A stretch of 53,998 nucleotides of DNA from Vezdaea acicularis (lineage: Eukaryota), in assembly GCA_026025075.1 (NCBI GenBank), contig JAPEUI010000052.1, positions 62,001 through 115,998 on the forward strand. Direction: 5' to 3'. Positions 51,567 through 53,998 of the stretch are shown one piece after another. The position numbers were made by a program, and so were the translations under genes. The notes under the pieces were generated by a model, which was not told the DNA's origin, did no database searches, and was given only the letters and a program-made list of their open reading frames with translations. Within the stretch, counting starts at the first letter, position 1. Every line of letters starts with the position of its first letter.

Positions 51567-51908
51567 TGTCAGGACATGGGGCGTCTTGGCATCGATACGT
51601 CAGGGCACGGGGCGTCCTGTCAGTAAACAGTGTTTATGAAGAAGTTGTTCTAATTATCTAGCTAGGGAATTCATCTGTATATAGGGCAAAGAGCATCCGG
51701 TCATGACTGCCTGGACAAGACAGCGCTGCTAGTCGCGGCAAGCGCTGTCCGTCTCAGGGCAGTCGCATGACGTACAAACGCTGCCCCTATTAGTAGACGC
51801 CATACAATCGCTCCTTATCCTTGCGTTCAGATGCTACTACCCTTTAGCTCCTATGTCCGGGCAATGCTTTCTTCTGCCCAGACGCCCCCTACCTCGTGTC
51901 CCATAACA
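51567..51908 (-). mobile_element. Solo LTR B (342 bp), related to the LTR at 52084, opposite orientation
   Basis: TGTCAGG...ATAACA termini with TSD AGCCA (51562-51566 and 51909-51913). Its reverse complement shares blocks with 52084-52370 (TGTT.TGGGACA, ATAGGGGCAGCG, CATGC.ACTGCCCT...ACGGACAGCGCTT.CCGCG, CCTGACA). Confidence 0.9.
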
Positions 51909-52083
51909 AGCCAGCATGCTCTCCTGACCTCAATCCTATCAAAAATCTATAGCTATAACTCAAGCAAGCTATCAATAATTGTATAAAAGTGGCTAAAAAT
52001 GCGGCAAACCTTCAGAGAATTATTCAAGAAGAGTAGCATAAGCTAGATTACTTGTGTTTAAAGGAGCTGATTGAAAGCATGCC

Positions 52084-53998
52084 TGTTGTGGGACAGCGGG
52101 ATAGGGGCAGGAGCAGGAGCAGGTACGCTATATACTAACAGACGCAGCCTCCTTATAGCGCCTGCCCATAGGGGCAGCGCTATAAGGCATGCAACTGCCC
52201 TACAACGGACAGCGCTTACCGCGCTGTCCTGACCGGGCAGTCGTGACCGGGCACGTGATGGCCCATATATATAGCGTATCCTCCTAAATAGAAACAAGGC
52301 AATTTTTTCATCATAAAACCGTACCAGGACGCCTTGTCCTTGCAGTGTCTAGACACCCCGTGCCCTGACATATTGGTAGCAACACCGTGCCGCTTTGCAT
52401 ATAACAAAGCGTCCGGTCAACCCAGACGGCAGAGACGTTTCGTCTCGCCCGTCAAGCATATAAGTCTTGTGGGACGTGTAGTCCCTGTGATAGGCATATA
52501 GGCTTGTTGCGTGGGCATCTAGCTCACCTCAACACCGGGCATATAAGCTCTGTGAGGGCGTGCAGTCCTTGGAGGAGCATATAGGCCTCGTGTCTGAGCA
52601 GCGTCGTGTTTTTGGGAAGCTCTGATCATACGAGCTGCCCCATCGTCATCCTCTTACTACAACTAACTAGAGTCAGATAATCCTACTCATCTATCTCCTT
52701 ATCCATGTCCATCGATAGTCGAGCCGCCAGGTTAGAAAATCGAAACAGGCTGTCCAAGGACAGCAAGTCAGATCGAAGAGATCTAAATAGAAGGACACAG
52801 ACGACATCCTTAGACACCCTCGAACCTTCTCCTAATCTCCCCGTCCTGAAGGACACAACGCTTCCTGAAAGCTCTTCGGCATCGTCACCTCCTAGCCTAC
52901 ACAATACACCTATTGAACCGTCCCTCATGGCGGCCTCCTCTGCAACGGTACAAGTCGGTTCTAGGGATCTGGCTATGCCAGAAGATAGCGCTATCCCGAC
53001 GGTAGAAGGGGATACGTCAACCATTCGAGCTACAACAGGACGAAAGGACAGGGGCGGAGATGGCGCCGTTGCCTACGACAGAACATACGCCGACCGGGAT
53101 GCTAGAAGCCGACGGGATGATAGCTTAACCTATACCAAAACCGAATAGAAGAAGGACGCTGTGTTCCTTCGAGTCGCCATCCAGACAATGGAAAGGGAAG
53201 ACGGATACGAGGACTATTTGGAAGAATGGACAAACAACGACAGGGTCAGTACGAATGCTCTAGCAAGGATGCTGGACCCCGCTAGACTAGAAGAATATCA
53301 AGACTTGGCCTTGAAGAAGATGTGCTCAACCTTCAACCCCTTATCAAGTCGAAACGCCTTTCGCGCCCTAATAAGACAATATCGAAAGGGGCCAAACCAA
53401 ATGACTGATCCTGAAGCGGCCGAAAAGCCAGTCTCCAGAAGAAGGGACCATCAACGCTCGGACAGCAATGACCGGTACAATGACCCCTACCAGTGAGCTC
53501 CAAGAAGCCCCAGGCTATCCCGACAGGTCACCCGAAATAGAAGCATGTCTAGGGATCGTCGGGAGCTGGACAAGGCAGAGGAGGCGGCAAGGCATATCCG
53601 GGAGCGTATGTCCCGGAGACGCTATACTCGTAATGATGACAATCAAAGCGAGAGAAGCCGGTCTTCAGAACACGATAGGATGGATAGACGCCGGCAGACC
53701 CGGGATGGCTCAAGACGATACCACGACGAATTGGACGAGGACAAGGACGATATGCCGTCCGGACCAAGGACAAAGGTTACCCCGTCAGATATTAGAAAAT
53801 TTGATCCCCAAAAGGGTCCAGTGTCTGTCTTCATCAAACGGATAGAGCAGCTTGTCGAGATCTTTGGAAAAGAGGCGGTATTGATGCAACTTCCCCTCTG
53901 CCTACAGGGAGAAGCGCTAGAATGGCACACTAGCCTAAACCGGGCAGTGACGCGCCAAATGCAAAGAAGCCTCAGCTCCTGGATAGAACAGCTGGAAA
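52084..53998 (+). mobile_element. 5' part of a Ty3/gypsy-like LTR retrotransposon (5' LTR 52084-52370, PBS about 52374-52381, gag)
   Basis: LTR TGTTGTGGGACA...CCCTGACA is inserted after transposase codons SMP. It is followed by TAT-TGGTAGCA (tRNA primer-binding-site-like), a leader and a gag-like frame. Confidence 0.85.
52705..53998 (+). pseudogene. Retrotransposon gag, interrupted by two in-frame stops
   Basis: One continuous frame from ATG 52705 with stops at 53146-53148 (TAG) and 53494-53496 (TGA). The final part DIRKFDPQKGPVSVFIKRIEQLVEIFGKEAVLMQLPLCLQGEALEWH resembles a fungal gypsy gag capsid. Confidence 0.8.

Larger units (their letters stand above)
50368..52083 (+). mobile_element. 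Decayed Tc1/mariner DNA transposon (DD34E), interrupted by three LTR insertions; right end lies beyond the third insertion
   Basis: TA (50366-50367) followed by a CAGTCGGTTAAAAAAAGTATCGG terminus. The transposase frame from 50493 reads, across stops and insertions, KVLFSDEC...YIHDGALCH...(W*)PACSPDLNPIKNL(W*)...LIESMP, with 34 residues between the second D and the E position (now K). Confidence 0.92.

Noticed and set aside
52397..52590. CRISPR-like appearance of the regularly spaced GCATATA motifs
   Set aside because: Eukaryotic retroelement leader; the motif is only 7-8 nt and the spacers resemble one another.

Overview
Gene-dense eukaryotic DNA from a filamentous ascomycete (Pezizomycotina-type): short GT-AG introns with CTRAY branch sites and RIP-like mutations in the repeats. 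I reconstructed about 16 protein-coding genes by hand from their splice signals: a PTC7/Azr1-type PP2C (cut by the left edge), a Skg3/Caf120-like PH protein, UTP23, PRP16, PWP1, UBA3, TEL2, a conserved hypothetical, a Kic1/Nak1/Pod6 kinase, RRN3, an Env7/STK16 kinase, a CLIP-170-like CAP-Gly protein, RCL1, a PWWP protein, TRM82, RPP0 and a DUF3712-like protein. The last 3.6 kb is a transposon nest: a decayed Tc1/mariner (DD34E) element interrupted by two solo LTRs, each with a 5-bp TSD, and by the 5' end of a Ty3/gypsy-like retrotransposon. The standout signal is a tRNA-Lys(CUU) gene at 7230-7351 (minus strand). It forms a complete cloverleaf only if a 49-nt insert with spliceosomal hallmarks (GTGAGT...GCTAAT...TACAG) is removed from the T-arm (position 62/63). 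That is an apparent spliceosomal intron in a Pol III tRNA gene, rather than a TSEN-type anticodon-loop intron. Secondary signals are an RPP0 intron that looks like a duplicated copy of the following exon and a 6-nt microexon in UBA3. All protein identities come from motif recognition, not database searches.
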